Notes under the pieces: generated by a model
What the model was told of the DNA's origin: nothing
The model's database searches: none
What the model saw: only the letters and a program-made list of their open reading frames with translations
Assembly: GCF_001194135.2 (NCBI RefSeq)
Contig: NC_068989.1
Location: 27,573,812 to 27,637,811, forward strand
DNA from: Octopus bimaculoides
Lineage: Eukaryota
Direction of reading: 5' to 3'
Length of the DNA: 64,000 bases
Part shown: positions 12,176-25,724 of the stretch, one piece after another
Layout: each line of letters opens with the position of its first letter
Numbering within the stretch: the first letter of the stretch is position 1
Made by a program: the position numbers and the translations under genes

Positions 12176-14166
12176 AAGAAATGTGTGCAACTTCCTTCTT
12201 TTAGTTTATATCAAATAAAGTGTTTAATAATTGGCGTAACTCTCATCACGTCACACATAGAAACAGATAAACATGAAACTCATAGTTCCAACTTCTCTGC
12301 TCTTTTTGTTAAGTTCCTATTAATATTTCTCTGCACCGATGAGTACTATGATAATTTGCAAATTTAAAAATGAATTTATATCTATGTACGAAACAATTGT
12401 ACGCATGAATAAACTTCATACATCTTTTTAACATCTTATCTCCTCCATTTTTAACAAATAATATTTGATGTGTAGAACTTCCTTCCATAAATTAATCATA
12501 CACTTAATATATGCATGTGTGCATGCATATATACAAGCGCACACACACAGGTGTGTGTGTGTGTATGTGTATGTGTGTGTATGTGTGTGTGCATGTGTGT
12601 GTGTGTGTGTGTGTACGCACCGTTGCATTCATCATGTACCTAATTGAAAGAATTCCGTGGGTGGTCGCTATTGATCACATTAGTTCATGTATCAATGACT
12701 AACATCAAAAAGTCTAAAATTGAATGCTGAAATGATATTTCCTGTCTAAGTTTCACCTTCAATATTTCTAGTCGCATGCGAATGATTTTATGGAACACGA
12801 TGACGTATAAGCTAACATCACTTCTTGAAAGTCGATTATTCGGGTATTTAGTAAACTTATATAGAATTTTAAATTGTTATCCACTAAATACATGTTAGAA
12901 GTGCATGTTTAAAATAGGAAAAATTGATTTTCGTTCATCACGAAGATGATTAAAAATATAAATGGAATAATATTTTAATATAGTGTGATTTCAACTCTCT
13001 TTGGTTGCATCTTCATCAACAATAGTATTTACGATTTCAGTAACTTTTGGTCATTCTTGGCCACCTCTGACCAATGGAAACATTGTTGCCTTCATAATCC
13101 CGGATTTCATACAGGTTTCGTTAAATAACACTCTCAGGTACACTGAAAGTTCGGAGTAACTTTAGTTACGATTACGTACATACACACATGGAGACAAACG
13201 CACAAAATTTTATTCAAATCATTTATATCAACATATCACCGACATATGTTTCTATTGATGCATTAAAATTAATCCGAGAGGAAGAATAATGTGGAATAAT
13301 GCATCAATCCTATCATGTAGGAGATTATAAACAACAGTGTTCATTAATAAGCTATTTTTACAGATTTAAGTTTCTATAATATATAATATATAACATATTA
13401 AACACAAAAGATGGATAGAGAACGTTAGTAATTTTAAAAACCGTTGAGAAATTTGACGTCATAGGACGAGTGAAGAAGAGAAAAAAGCGAGAAAGAGAAT
13501 TGAGGGAAAATTGAAGGTATAAGCAAATAGGTGAATGACAATTGGATAGAAATGATACAAAGAAGGATGGGAAGTATGGGATGAAAAGAATAAAAAGAAG
13601 AAAGTGTAAGTGGATGGATGGAGAGAGGGAGGGAGGGAGAGATTGGGACGAAGAGGAAGGGAGGGATTGGGACGAAGAGAAGGGAAGAAGGAGTGGAGTG
13701 CAAATATGAAATTTCATTTGGCTTTTGCGCTGATGTGAATTCGTATGTTGAAACAGATCATGTGTTTTGGGAGAACCTTTATTCTAATAATAATAGCACA
13801 CGCCATGGTTTAATATCACTTCTTTATTGATAGTATATTGGTTCGCAAACAACCAAACAACCGATTGATTGTTTACCCAGTGTATTAAGCAAATGATCGA
13901 TTTCTAAGTTGGTTAGACACTTAACTAACTGACTAATGATAATAAATGGTATTGTACCAGTGAGTGTGTTGTTTTTATTATTGACGTAACCTCTCGCAAA
14001 CACAACAAAACCTGTTTTTACATAATCATATTTTCCGGTACCAAAGCATTTTTTTTTTTAATATTTAACTATTTCATTGTGTGTAGGCATCAAAACTTTC
14101 GATTGAATCTAAATTATAATTATTTTAGGCATGACACGGTAGCATTAGCTGCAAGTGTAGTGTGTT

Positions 14167-14201
<35 letters not shown>

Positions 14202-15287
14202 GCGTGCGTGCATGCGTGCGTGTGTGTGTGTGCGCGTGTGCGTGTGCGTGGGTTTGTGTGCGTGCGTGTTGAGGGAGAGAAAGAAAGATGACAAAGAGAG
14301 GGAGAGAGAAAGAATGAAAAACAAAGGAAGAGAGAAAGAGGGAGAAAGGGAGCGGAAGAGAATCAGAGTGAGGGGACAATTTAATTAAAGTAACAAATCT
14401 AATTCATATCTCAGGACCTGCGGAAGGAATGCACAACGAAAAAAACTGCATCGATTTTTTTTCTTCTCATTTTTGACCAAAGCTATTTCAAAGGCCCATT
14501 CGTGACAGGAAATTTTTTACTCCAAGCATTTTGGCGACAAATAAAAGACTTACAGTTATTTATTACTGTCGTTTCTATCTAAATTTCAAAGACGTTCACC
14601 ATTTTCTTATACTGATTTCTTATCGATTCTGGAGCATATGAATTAAAGATACCATCACTTGCATGTGATTTAGGCACACTAAACATCGTTAACTCCATAT
14701 GATTGCACATTTGCATGATGCTACATTCAATAACATCAACTGCAGTATTTGATCGGTATTCATCTAATAACTTCCAAAGGTCAAGCTCAGCCTTCTAAGG
14801 GTTTAGCACAGAATGCAAATATTTGAAACAAATCATTGGATACATTTTTGCGCTACAGTTCAATATATTCTAGAGACGCTCCTGTAAACATACCAGCGAA
14901 TTGCATGAACAGTATTACTTTGCACTAAATACCTGACAGTTTTTAATGTCAACTGTCCACGGTCTGCGTTCGAACGCGGCTACTGTAAACGATTATTGCT
15001 TTTCATTAATATTGGTTTCATGTCAATACTTTATGCTTGAGTCGAGTTTTCGGCTCAAGATCATGAGAGTGTTGTATATCTCTATTTCTCAAACGGCCAG
15101 ATCATAAATGTTCCGCTAGATAAATAATGATGGGAGCCTACTCGCCACAACATAAACATCGCAAACAATTAGTAAAAGCATCATCCTTGTACCGTGTCAC
15201 ACACGCAATTAACGGCTGACTGTACATCTCAATAAAATCAGCACTCATCAGTCGTTGGTTTCGATTTATTTTATTATAAATACCATG

Positions 15288-15338
15288 AACGCACATGGCT
15301 CCGTGGTTAGAGCGTCGGGCTCACAGTTATGAGTTCAA
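15288..15338 (+). mobile_element. SINE tRNA-like head, truncated
   Basis: gcacatggctccgtggttagagcgtcgggctcac...gagttcaaa (A-box and partial B-box). Confidence 0.45.
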
Positions 15339-15348
15339 AAGGAAGAAA

Positions 15349-15489
15349 GAGACCTCGATATTATGTAAATAGAGGAATTTATCTGTAAAAATATGTGACA
15401 CTTATTCGGTAGCCATGATAAAACTCCGAGTTTCGGATGCCGGGGTGGGAAACAGATAAACTCCTCTATTTACATAATATCGAGGTCTC
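15349..15489. repeat. 38-bp inverted repeat (1 mismatch) derived from a pseudo-LTR end
   Basis: gagacctcgatattatgtaaatagaggaatttatctgt (15349-15386) and its reverse complement (15452-15489). Left arm plus spacer match 63298-63395. Confidence 0.85.
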
Positions 15490-15727
15490 GCTCTTTCTTT
15501 TGTTGTCCTTTCTATCGATATATATATATATATANNNNNNNNNNNNNNNNNNNNNNNNNNNNNNNNNNNNNNNNNNNNNNNNNNNNNNNNNNNNNNNNNN
15601 NNNNNNNNNNNNNNNNNNNNNNNNNNNNNNNNNNNNNNNNNNNNNNNNNNNNNNNNNNNNNNNNNNNNNNNNNNNNNNNNNNNNNNNNNNNNNNNNNNNN
15701 NNNNNNNNNNNNNNNNNNNNNNNNNNT

Positions 15728-16022
15728 GATGAGCACTCCACAGGCATGTATACCCTTAAACGTAGTTCTGCGGGAGATTCAGAGTGAGACAGTGTGTGAC
15801 AAGGCTGGCCCTTTGAAATACAGGTACAATAGAAACAGGAAGAAAGAATGAGAGAAAGTTGTGATGAAGGAGTACAGCAGGGCTCTCCACACCCCGCCTA
15901 CAGGAGCCTCGTTCGAGCTATAGGTGTTTTCGCTCAATAAACACTCACAACGCCCGGTCTGGGAATCGAAACCACGATCGTACGACCGCGAGTCCGCTGC
16001 CCTAACCACCGGACCATTGCGC

Positions 16023-16025
<3 letters not shown>
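15728..16025 (-). mobile_element. tRNA-derived SINE
   Basis: Minus strand ggcgcaaTGGTCCGGTGGttagggcagcggactcgcgg...GGTTTCGATTCCcagaccgggcg (A and B boxes) followed by a ~230-bp body. Confidence 0.8.
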
Positions 16026-16109
<84 letters not shown>

Positions 16110-16532
16110 AGGAAAAGCGAAAAGATAAACAAAAACGCGGTATAACTTAAGAGCCTTCGACTTATAATTTATTATCTATAAATCAAACAGTGTAGAACAG
16201 TTGTAGTAAATAGGGTTAAGTCATTTACGCGTATTTCTAGAATAGACTGTGGATCATTCCCCTGATTTCAATTATTGTATATCAGTGAAAATTTGTGGTT
16301 GTAGTCGTTCTGTGACTGCATATGTTTCATAGCGAGCGGGACTGTGGAAGTGGTAATTATCCAAGCGAAGTGTACGCCGCAGGTTACTCTTCAGGTGAAG
16401 TGTATCTTTATTAAATGAAGTTTACTTTGTCGTTAGGAGATCCACGTTAACACACGGACGATTCAATCCGAATATATGAGCGTTGAGTGGATTTGATAGA
16501 CGAAAACTTAAACGCCGTGGTATGTACGTGTG

Positions 16533-16564
<32 letters not shown>

Positions 16565-16767
16565 AGTACCTGCGTGTTGTTCGTATTTGTTCCCCATCAC
16601 CGCTTGAAAATCGGAGTTGGTGTGCTTCTGTCTCCGTTTCCTAGCAATTCGTTAAAGCCACAAAACTGGGTATTAGCATTTTAGGTCGATAACTGATGAA
16701 GAATTACGGTCGTTTTGTGTCTTTCCTACGTGTACGTTTTGTAGTATTTAATGCATATTTTTCTTGA

Positions 16768-17195
16768 AGCCTGCGAGCTGGCAGAATCGTTAGTACGCTG
16801 GACGGAATGCTTAGCGGTATTTCGCCCGTCGCTACATTCTGACTTCAAATTCTAGCGAGGTCGACTTTTACCTTTCATCATTTCGGGGTCTAAAGATTAA
16901 GTGCCAGTGAAACACTGGGGTCGATGCAATCGAATTAATCCCCTTCCCCAAGCTGCCCTTGTGGAAAAAATTATTGTAACAAGGAGGCGAGGTGGCAGAA
17001 ACGTTAGGATGCCATGCGAAAGGCTTAGCGGTATTTTGTCTGTCTTTACGTTCTAAGTTCAAATTCCGCCGAGGTCGACTTTTCCTTTCATCCTTTCGGG
17101 ATCGAGAAATTAAGTACCAGTCGCGTACAGGAGTCGATTTAATCGACTGGCGCCCTCCCACAAAATTTCGGGGCTTATACCTAGAGTAGAAAAGA
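16768..17195 (+). mobile_element. Two tandem SINEs of a second family
   Basis: Two copies of gcgagctggcagaa(t/a)cgttag...gcttagcggtattt...ttcaaattc...gaggtcgacttt.cctttcatc...gtaccagt...ggggtcgat (about 16768-16960 and 16985-17195). Confidence 0.85.
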
Positions 17196-17881
17196 AAAGA
17201 GTATTTAATGCATTCATCATTTATTGAGTAACTGAACGTCACGCAACCCGATTTATGTAAACAGTATGTTTTTATATATTTCTTGAGACTTATTCTTTCT
17301 TTCTTTCGTTCTTCCTTTCTTTCTCTCTTGTCCTAATATTCCTTTTCTAACATCCCTACTTCCTCTCTCAATATCTCTCGTCTTCTCCCATTAATTCTAG
17401 ACTTTCTCCCTTCCTTCAACTGTTCTCTCCCTCTTATCCCCCTTCCTTTCTATCTACTGCCAACACGTGACCAGTGACTAATTTTTCCATCTCTGCCTTT
17501 TCTCCACCGAACACCTAGCGTACCGAACAACTTTTCACCTGTCCTACTTTTTCTCATTTTTTATATGCATTTGACGATTTCTTCCAGGCATTACCCATCA
17601 ATCTAGTATTTGGCCGAAAGGTTTTATTTATAGTCTTCGTCTATCGTTTCAAATTACATTCGTTTACTTTTGTACGTCTAACCTGTATTGTCTTGTTTGC
17701 TCGAGCCCTAATTCTACGCGGACCTTGCGGGTGCCCCCGATGTTCGAAGTTCTCAGTCTTATCGTTAAAGGCACGAAACCGAGACTTAGTATTTTTCAGT
17801 CGTTAACTGATGATGAATTACGGTCCTTCTGTGTCTGTCCTACGTCTGTTTTTTTTTGTAGTATTTAATACATTTTCCATT

Positions 17882-17926
<45 letters not shown>

Positions 17927-19367
17927 NNNNNNNNNNNNNNNNNNNNNNNNNNNNNNNNNNNNNNNNNNNNNNNNNNNNNNNNNNNNNNNNNNNNNNNNNN
18001 NNNNNNNNNNNNNNNNNNNNNNNNNNNNNNNNNNNNNNNNNNNNNNNNNNNNNNNNNNNNNNNNNNNNNNNNNNNNNNNNNNNNNNNNNNNNNNNNNNNN
18101 NNNNNNNNNNNNNNNNNNNNNNNNNNNNNNNNNNNNNNNNNNNNNNNNNNNNNNNNNNNNNNNNNNNNNNNNNNNNNNNNNNNNNNNNNNNNNNNNNNNN
18201 NNNNNNNNNNNNNNNNNNNNNNNNNNNNNNNNNNNNNNNNNNNNNNNNNNNNNNNNNNNNNNNNNNNNNNNNNNNNNNNNNNNNNNNNNNNNNNNNNNNN
18301 NNNNNNNNNNNNNNNNNNNNNNNNNNNNNNNNNNNNNNNNNNNNNNNNNNNNNNNNNNNNNNNNNNNNNNNNNNNNNNNNNNNNNNNNNNNNNNNNNNNN
18401 NNNNNNNNNNNNNNNNNNNNNNNNNNNNNNNNNNNNNNNNNNNNNNNNNNNNNNNNNNNNNNNNNNNNNNNNNNNNNNTCTTCCCACAGTATGTGGGAAG
18501 AAACAGAATTTTTTGCCCTTCTATAAGCTGGCTCGCAAGTTTGCGAGCCACCTCAGGGGTGCCAAATAGCAACCACACCGTTGCGTACTTGATACTCCTG
18601 GGCATAAACTTAATAGTTGGCATATATTCTGCCAAATCGTTTTCAATTTCAACTTGGGGAAAGACCAGAAAGGTGTCGAGTGACTTAGAAGTCGTTTAAT
18701 CACTGCTTGAGTGGGACAATCTCCCACTCCAACACAGTGTTCCATGTTTTGAAAGAAGCAAAAGCTAGCACAGAAAAAAAATCCAAATAAAACAAAAGGG
18801 AAAGAAGGAAGAAGGAAAGAAAACAGTCCGAAACACAGCAACTTCAATCTTCCGGCCAACTGGTTCTCCCGGCCGACTGGTATAGCAACAGGAACACAGC
18901 AACCTGAACAAAGCTTCACAAATTTCACCAATAAATCGAACAAAAATTGGTAAAGAATTCCACAACACTGCATACAATCTTCCAGCCACCAGTCCTCCAG
19001 GCCAAATAAATAGTAGCAGGAACACAGCAACAGGAACACAAAAACAGAGTTCACAATTTTGGAGGAGGGATACGCCTCCAAAACACACTTCTCCCCGCTA
19101 AGTGAGACTTTAAGTACAACTACAGGCAGACAAATGCGTGGAACTCAGTGGAGATTTATTCTTCGACAAAAAAAAAAGAATAAACACTAACAACAAACCC
19201 CCACTGAATCAAAAAAACAAATGCCTTACTTTGTAGTTGTGCTTCAATAATTCACGACGTTGGTAAACAGCGACGTGACTGCAGCAGCGAAGAAAATCAC
19301 GTCCACACAGTAATGAGGGAGGAAAGCTACTTACCACACAGCCACTCATGCAACTATAAATAAATAA

Positions 19368-19398
<31 letters not shown>

Positions 19399-20508
19399 CG
19401 TGTGTGTGTGTGTACATANNNNNNNNNNNNNNNNNNNNNNNNNNNNNNNNNNNNNNNNNNNNNNNNNNNNNNNNNNNNNNNNNNNNNNNNNNNNNNNNNN
19501 NNNNNNNNNNNNNNNNNNNNNNNNNNNNNNNNNNNNNNNNNNNNNNNNNNNNNNNNNNNNNNNNNNNNNNNNNNNNNNNNNNNNNNNNNNNNNNATATAT
19601 ATATGAATGTGTATATATATATATATATATATGTGTGCATATATATATGCATATAGATATATATATGTATAAATCTGTATATATAAAAGGCAGGTTGTGT
19701 GTGTGTGTACGTGAATGTAATTAATGCACGTCCACAAATTAGCACGCATGTCGCTCCAATTTTAGGAGGACATTCGTCATGGCCCAATCTGCATTTTCGT
19801 CAACATTTTCTGTAAAAATCGATTTTCAAACGTAACTTTTACCAATTTTGAGGTTTGCTAACATGGCAAAGTGAAAGTGTGCATATGAGCGAGAAAGAGA
19901 AAGAGAAATTGTGTGTTGATGTATGTGGGTGTGTCTGAGAGTGGGAGTGGGGGAGAAATAGAGACAGTTTGCCAGCGTCTAACAAAAAGAAAGTAAAGAA
20001 AAAGTGGGAGAGGGAGACAGAAAGCATCTAACGAAAGAAAAGGTAGGTAAGGAAGACAGAGTAAGTGTCAGCGTAAAATGCTTTTTTCTTCTTAAACATG
20101 ACATATAGTTTCAAATATAAGATGTTTTTGAAAGACACTATATTTCATAATGAGATTATTTATACTTTCTCACACAACAATTAAAATATATTTATTTTAA
20201 ATCATTCATTTATTTTTAATTGCTCATCTTTCTCCCTCTCTCAGTCACACACACACACACACACATAATACTACTTTGGGAGCGAAAGAGTTTTGTTTAT
20301 ATTTCACGCCGAAGAAAAAAAGTTTATTGACAATCCATTTATTTAACAGCAATGAAACAAAGAGGTATGTAACAATTTGTCAGTGAATTACACAATATAA
20401 ATAGGTAAAATTTCCGAGGCTTCCACCAAACCCCAACCCGTTTTTCGGACCACTAAAAAGGGTCTAGTAATGTTTCAGATAAACACCCACACGATTTCCA
20501 CTAGAGTG

Positions 20509-20635
20509 TTAGGGTTAGGGTTTTATGGTTAGGATTAGGGTTAGGGTTAGGATTAGGGTTAGTGTTAGGGTTTAGGCTTAGGGTTAGTGTTAGCGTTAGG
20601 GTTAGGGTTAGGGTTTATGCTTAGGGTTAGAGTTA
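20509..20635 (+). repeat. Interstitial degenerate (TTAGGG)n tract, about 20 units
   Basis: ttagggttaggg...ttaggattagggttagtgttaggg...ttagggttagag. Confidence 0.9.
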
Positions 20636-20892
20636 ACCTACAAGGGACAGACCCCTTATTTTTTGGTTAAGGCTGTTGGTAAGTTTTCCTAAGTTACTCC
20701 AATCCAGATCTCAATGCAAACCTTCAGATCAACCTTCTCCTGTGCAGATCTCTAATACAACTTTAAAAAAAACAGTCAATGAGTGGAAATAACCAATACG
20801 CTGGTTCCTTATGGGATTTCCCAATCAAATTGCCAGCANNNNNNNNNNATATATGTATATGTATGTATGTATGTATGTATACGTACATATAT

Positions 20893-21149
20893 ATATATAG
20901 TAGACTCCCTTTGGTCATGACTGACCATGGGATTGCACCTAGAAATGTACCCTCCCAGGCACAAGTCCGGGCATGGTTGTTCATAGAATACCAGCAGTCG
21001 CCCATGCATACCGGCCTCTCCACTCCACGCCCTTTTTTTCTCCAAGGGAAAGACAAAGGCCGATACAGCTTGGCACCTGTGACGTCACAACTCAGTTCTA
21101 CGGCTGAGTGAACTGGAGCAACGAGAAATAAAGTGTCTTGCTCAAGAAC
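20893..21149 (-). mobile_element. SINE-like repeat fragment
   Basis: Contains gagtgaactggagcaacgagaaataaagtgtcttgctcaagaac, the reverse complement of a common SINE central segment. Abuts the next SINE. Confidence 0.55.
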
Positions 21150-21150
21150 A

Positions 21151-21558
21151 GGCGCAGGAGTGGCTGTGTGTGGTAAGTAGGTTGCTTACCAACCACATGG
21201 TTCCGAGTTCAGTCCCACTGCGGGGCACCTTCGGCACTTGTCTTCTACTATAGCCTCGGGCCGACCAAAGCCTTGTGAGTGGATTTGGTTGACGGAAACT
21301 GAAAGAAGCTTGTCATGTATATATATGTATGTGTGTGTATATGTTTGTGTCTGTGCTTGTCCCTCCAACATCGATTGACAACCGATGCAGGTGTGTTTAC
21401 GTCCCTGTAACTTAGCGGTTTGCAAAAAGAAACCAATAAAATAAGTACTAGGCTTACAAAGAATAAGTCCTGGGGTCGATTTGCTCGACTAAAGGCGGTG
21501 CTCCAGCATGGCCGCAGTTAAATGACTGAAACAAGTAAAAGAATAAAGGAATAAAGGA
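21151..21558 (+). mobile_element. Full-length tRNA-derived SINE (major family)
   Basis: ggcgcaggagtggctgtgtgtggtaagtag...ggttccgagttcagtccc head, internal (TG/TA) tract, 3' aaggcggtgctccagcatggccgcag...gaaacaagtaaaagaataaagg tail. Confidence 0.9.
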
Positions 21559-22167
21559 ATATATATATGCATTAACAGAAAGGAAAATATAATCATAGAT
21601 TTATAAATATCTGCACAATATTTCAGTATGTGTATATTTGTATATGTGTATATATCTGTACGTATGTATGTAATATAAGTATATACTCATATATATGTAT
21701 GTAAGTGGATATAAAGACATAAATAACTGTATACATATATATATATATGCACATACATTCATACATGCATACATACATAGATACATACATACATACATAC
21801 ATACATACATACATACATACTTACATACGTACGTACGTACGTATGTACGTACGGACATAAATGCATATAGACATATACATTTCACTATATACATAATTTA
21901 CTGAAAGATGAAAATAAAAATAGGTTCGGAGGGTAAGAAACAAACTCATATCTATAGCATGATAACATTTTACTGCTGACTTTGCCTGTAGAAACTTTAA
22001 GTAATAGAGAGAATGTTTTATGTGCGAGATTACAACTCTGTTCTTATCTTGAATTCTTCAGGAGCTGGATCGATTCATTCGAAGTCAATTGAGTCATTGC
22101 TGAAATCGTTTTCTTTTTATTATTTAGCAGTCTGAAGGCTTAAACACACAGATGCATACACAGGCGC

Positions 22168-22207
<40 letters not shown>

Positions 22208-22298
22208 NNNNNNNNNNNNNNNNNNNNNNNNNNNNNNNNNNNNNNNNNNNNNNNNNNNNNNNNNNNNNNNNNNNNNNNNNNNNNNNNNNNNNNNNNNN

Positions 22299-22338
<40 letters not shown>

Positions 22339-22574
22339 GCATACATACAAGCACACACATATCTAAAACATGTGATGACAGCACTAAGTTGTGGTGTGTA
22401 TAAATACAAACATGTTAGCAGTTCAAATACGCTTGTAGCATATTCAAACCCGTAAAAAGGACATTTACTGTTTTATCATGGAAGAAATTTCTCGCTGTAG
22501 ACAGATACAATACTCCGAGGCTACCGACAACTCACCTAGCTAGAGTATGGTAGGCATGCATATCTTTGACAACT

Positions 22575-23712
22575 TTGATATGTTTCGGCCAGTATAGGCC
22601 CAGGCCACACCTGGTGAAGTCTTTTAGTCATACATGGGGCACCATAGCCCACTCTAACACAGAGTTATTATTGTTGAAGGCATATCCTGGTGTAGGAGGT
22701 TGGTCCGGAATTTTTTGAAGAAATGTGTCCAGTAAACATTTGAATTTCATGGGATCCCTTTCTGTTTTCACGTATTTTGGTATGGTATTAAAGAGAGCTG
22801 GACCGATTGAGGTAAAGTAACTGTGACGTAATGTTGCTATGTGTACTGAGTTTGATTTTTTTGTAGTGGGCGGATAGCACGGGGGCCAAGTCTTGGATGG
22901 ATTTAAAAATTGATACCAGCATCATTTGTGCAATATTACTGGAATATTTGCCACATAACACAAATGACGTAGCGCTCCAGGTGGCGTTGGAGAGAGTAGA
23001 GGTTGAGTTGTTTTAGTCGACCCCAATAATCAATGCCTCTCATGCCGTCTATCTTTCTTGTTAGGAACCTCTGGAGTGCTTCTACTTTCATAATGAGTTG
23101 TTTCTTAGGTGGGGGGCACAGTAGGCAACTGTACTCAAGATGGGGTCGGGCAAAAGTAGAGTAGAGAAGGATGATGGTGTAGGCATCTCTAGACCAGAAA
23201 GTTCTCAGGATCATGGAGCACATCTTGCGGGCCAAGTCAACCTTGCTGTTTACGAGGGTATTCCAGCTTAGATTGTTATCAACAATCACTCCTAGATCTC
23301 TGGTATTGTTGGATGACACTAGGAAGTCGCATGATGGAAGAACATATGGTAATTTCAGAGTTTCCTCCTTCCCAAAGTGGATCAAATCAAACTTATCTTC
23401 ATTTAAAAGCATATTGTTTATTTCTGACCATTGGACAATAGCAAGCAGATCTGACTGAAGGCATGTTCAGTCTCTCATGCCGTTTATATCCTTTTGGAAT
23501 TTGGAATCATCTATTATGTCGTTGATTTAAATAATGAAGAGGTGTTGGGCCCAACACAGCACCTTGTGGAACACCACTACTGAGTTTCGCTGGGATGGAT
23601 CGTATTCCCTGAAACACAACATGTTGGGTTCTATTCGTGAGGAAATGCTTTATTCACTGCTTTCCATGGACTGCAATGCTGGACAGTTTCTTTAGCAGGA
23701 ATTTGGGGTCCG
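22575..23712 (-). mobile_element. 5'-truncated CR1/L2-group LINE (RT C-half and 3' UTR)
   Basis: FLTNRTQHV...SGVPQGAVLGP; RDLGVIVDNNLSW; RPHLEY; LYSLQRHLERY; GPALFNTIP...FKCLLDTFLQKIPDQP...NNSVLEW*. Frameshifts present. Confidence 0.9.
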
Positions 23713-23732
23713 AGTGATTTTCTCCACTTTAG

Positions 23733-23771
23733 CCACAGACACTAGAAAGGGAAGCGGCGTGAACAAACTCG
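23733..23771 (+). CDS. Candidate exon 1 of small-exon chain ([13 protein letters not shown], phase 1-1)
   Basis: gattttctccactttag| 39 bp |gtatgt; only the phase-1 frame is open. Confidence 0.4.
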
Positions 23772-23986
23772 GTATGTGGGCATTTATCTTATTACAACGA
23801 GAAATTACGTGTTCGTCTATGCCTCAAACGTATTTTAACTGGTAACAAATTCCTATTCATATATACACGTACTCAATATGTGGGTATATACATATGTGCA
23901 CATATATACATGTATAAAAATGTATATACATACAGAGAGACCCAAATATACATATATACGGGGGTCTATGTACTTACGTATGTATG

Positions 23987-24071
<85 letters not shown>

Positions 24072-24134
24072 TTAAACGCATACACATCGACACATACACA
24101 CCACACACATGAATGTGAGAAAGAAAAAGGTAGA

Positions 24135-24166
<32 letters not shown>

Positions 24167-24580
24167 ATGGTAATATACTATCTTTATCAAGTACTTAAAA
24201 ACAAATAACTATACATTATAAGTTCCAATATCACTACAAGTATACATGTAACATTCTATAGAGAGAAAGCAAGTGATGGTAATATTTCACATTACACGCA
24301 GACATAGGTTATATGTAGAAGGAGCTTCGCTGCTTCTGTCCAACTATACATATGTACAAGCATACTCTAGGGTGACCCTGTTCACTTATTCCATCCAATC
24401 TTGAAGTTCTAAAAGTAATATATAATTATACATAATTTAAAATATCGTAATTTCACACACACACACACATACATATATGTAGAGAGAGAGATATACGCAT
24501 ATATATATTTATGCATGTATGTATGTATATATGCAAATAGGTCTATATATATGCGTATGTATATAAATAGTTAGATAGAT

Positions 24581-24620
<40 letters not shown>

Positions 24621-25185
24621 GAGAATATGTGTGTTTGTTTGTATGTGTGTGTTTAGTAATATTATTTTCTTTTTGATACGTATCATGTTTTAATTTTGTA
24701 CTTACAAAGGGTAATCTATTCATATTAACCAGTAATGTAACAGCAATTGCTTCTCTGCATTCACAGACATACTTATACTTAGTACTAACGGAAAGCCTGA
24801 CATTTGTAGTATCAAAGTTCTAGTTATGTGTTGCTCCAGTAGTATAAAATATTTTCAAACATAATTTGCCTCTTGATCAAGTTCTGTGAAATGTCAAAAT
24901 AAATTAAATGTTTCCCCATATAAATTAAGTATAATATAAAGCAGAACATGTTGAAAAATATAAACACTGTGCTCTCTATAGTACTCTGATAACATGCGTG
25001 GCTTGTTCACTGGCAGATATAGCGTTATTTTGTTTTATTTTTTATTTTTTCGGTGTAAATGATAAATACTAAGCACAGTTTTCAATTCTGTCTGAGAGAC
25101 TTAACTAAAAGTATATAGATTTCCAGTGTTAAGTGATAAATGTGAAACTTACTCATTCAGCAATTTTGTGAGAAAGTAAGAAGTG

Positions 25186-25242
<57 letters not shown>

Positions 25243-25318
25243 GTTCAGTAGTTTTATTTTTATAACGTGCTTTCACTTCACTACCGAGCGCAGCTCTGTG
25301 CGCCTTGGGTATGTTATA

Positions 25319-25386
<68 letters not shown>

Positions 25387-25397
25387 TGTTGTTGTTG

Positions 25398-25447
<50 letters not shown>
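25186..25447. repeat. (ATT)n trinucleotide arrays
   Basis: Three long attattatt runs. Confidence 0.95.
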
Positions 25448-25450
<3 letters not shown>

Positions 25451-25667
25451 ATTATTTGAATCGATCTGAGGTTGCCATTAACATTAATCTTTCAGATGTT
25501 TACATAATATGCTAGCGTTGATACCCGAAAATATGACCGTGTTTTAGGAATCATTGCAAATTCATTACATATGAATATCGTAGAATAGCATAGATTTTTA
25601 GCCAGACGTCTTCGTGACAACACATTTATACACAAATGGAATTACTTTCCTTTTCTCCGCATTGCAG

Positions 25668-25724
25668 AAACCATTGGAAACGGAATATACCTCAGAATAT
25701 CCAGCAAAGCAATTTTGTTTGCCG
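25668..25724 (+). CDS. Candidate exon 2 (ETIGNGIYLRISSKAILFA in phase 1-1)
   Basis: ttactttccttttctccgcattgcag| 57 bp |gtaagt; consensus splice sites; all three frames open. Confidence 0.55.

Noticed and set aside
15225-15265. Minus-strand cgaaac...ctgatgag
   Set aside because: Motif order and spacing cannot form stems I-III.
15950-16025. tRNA-like sequence (also 21151-21240 and 10090-10155)
   Set aside because: Imperfect cloverleaf continuing into a repeated body; these are SINE heads, not tRNA genes.
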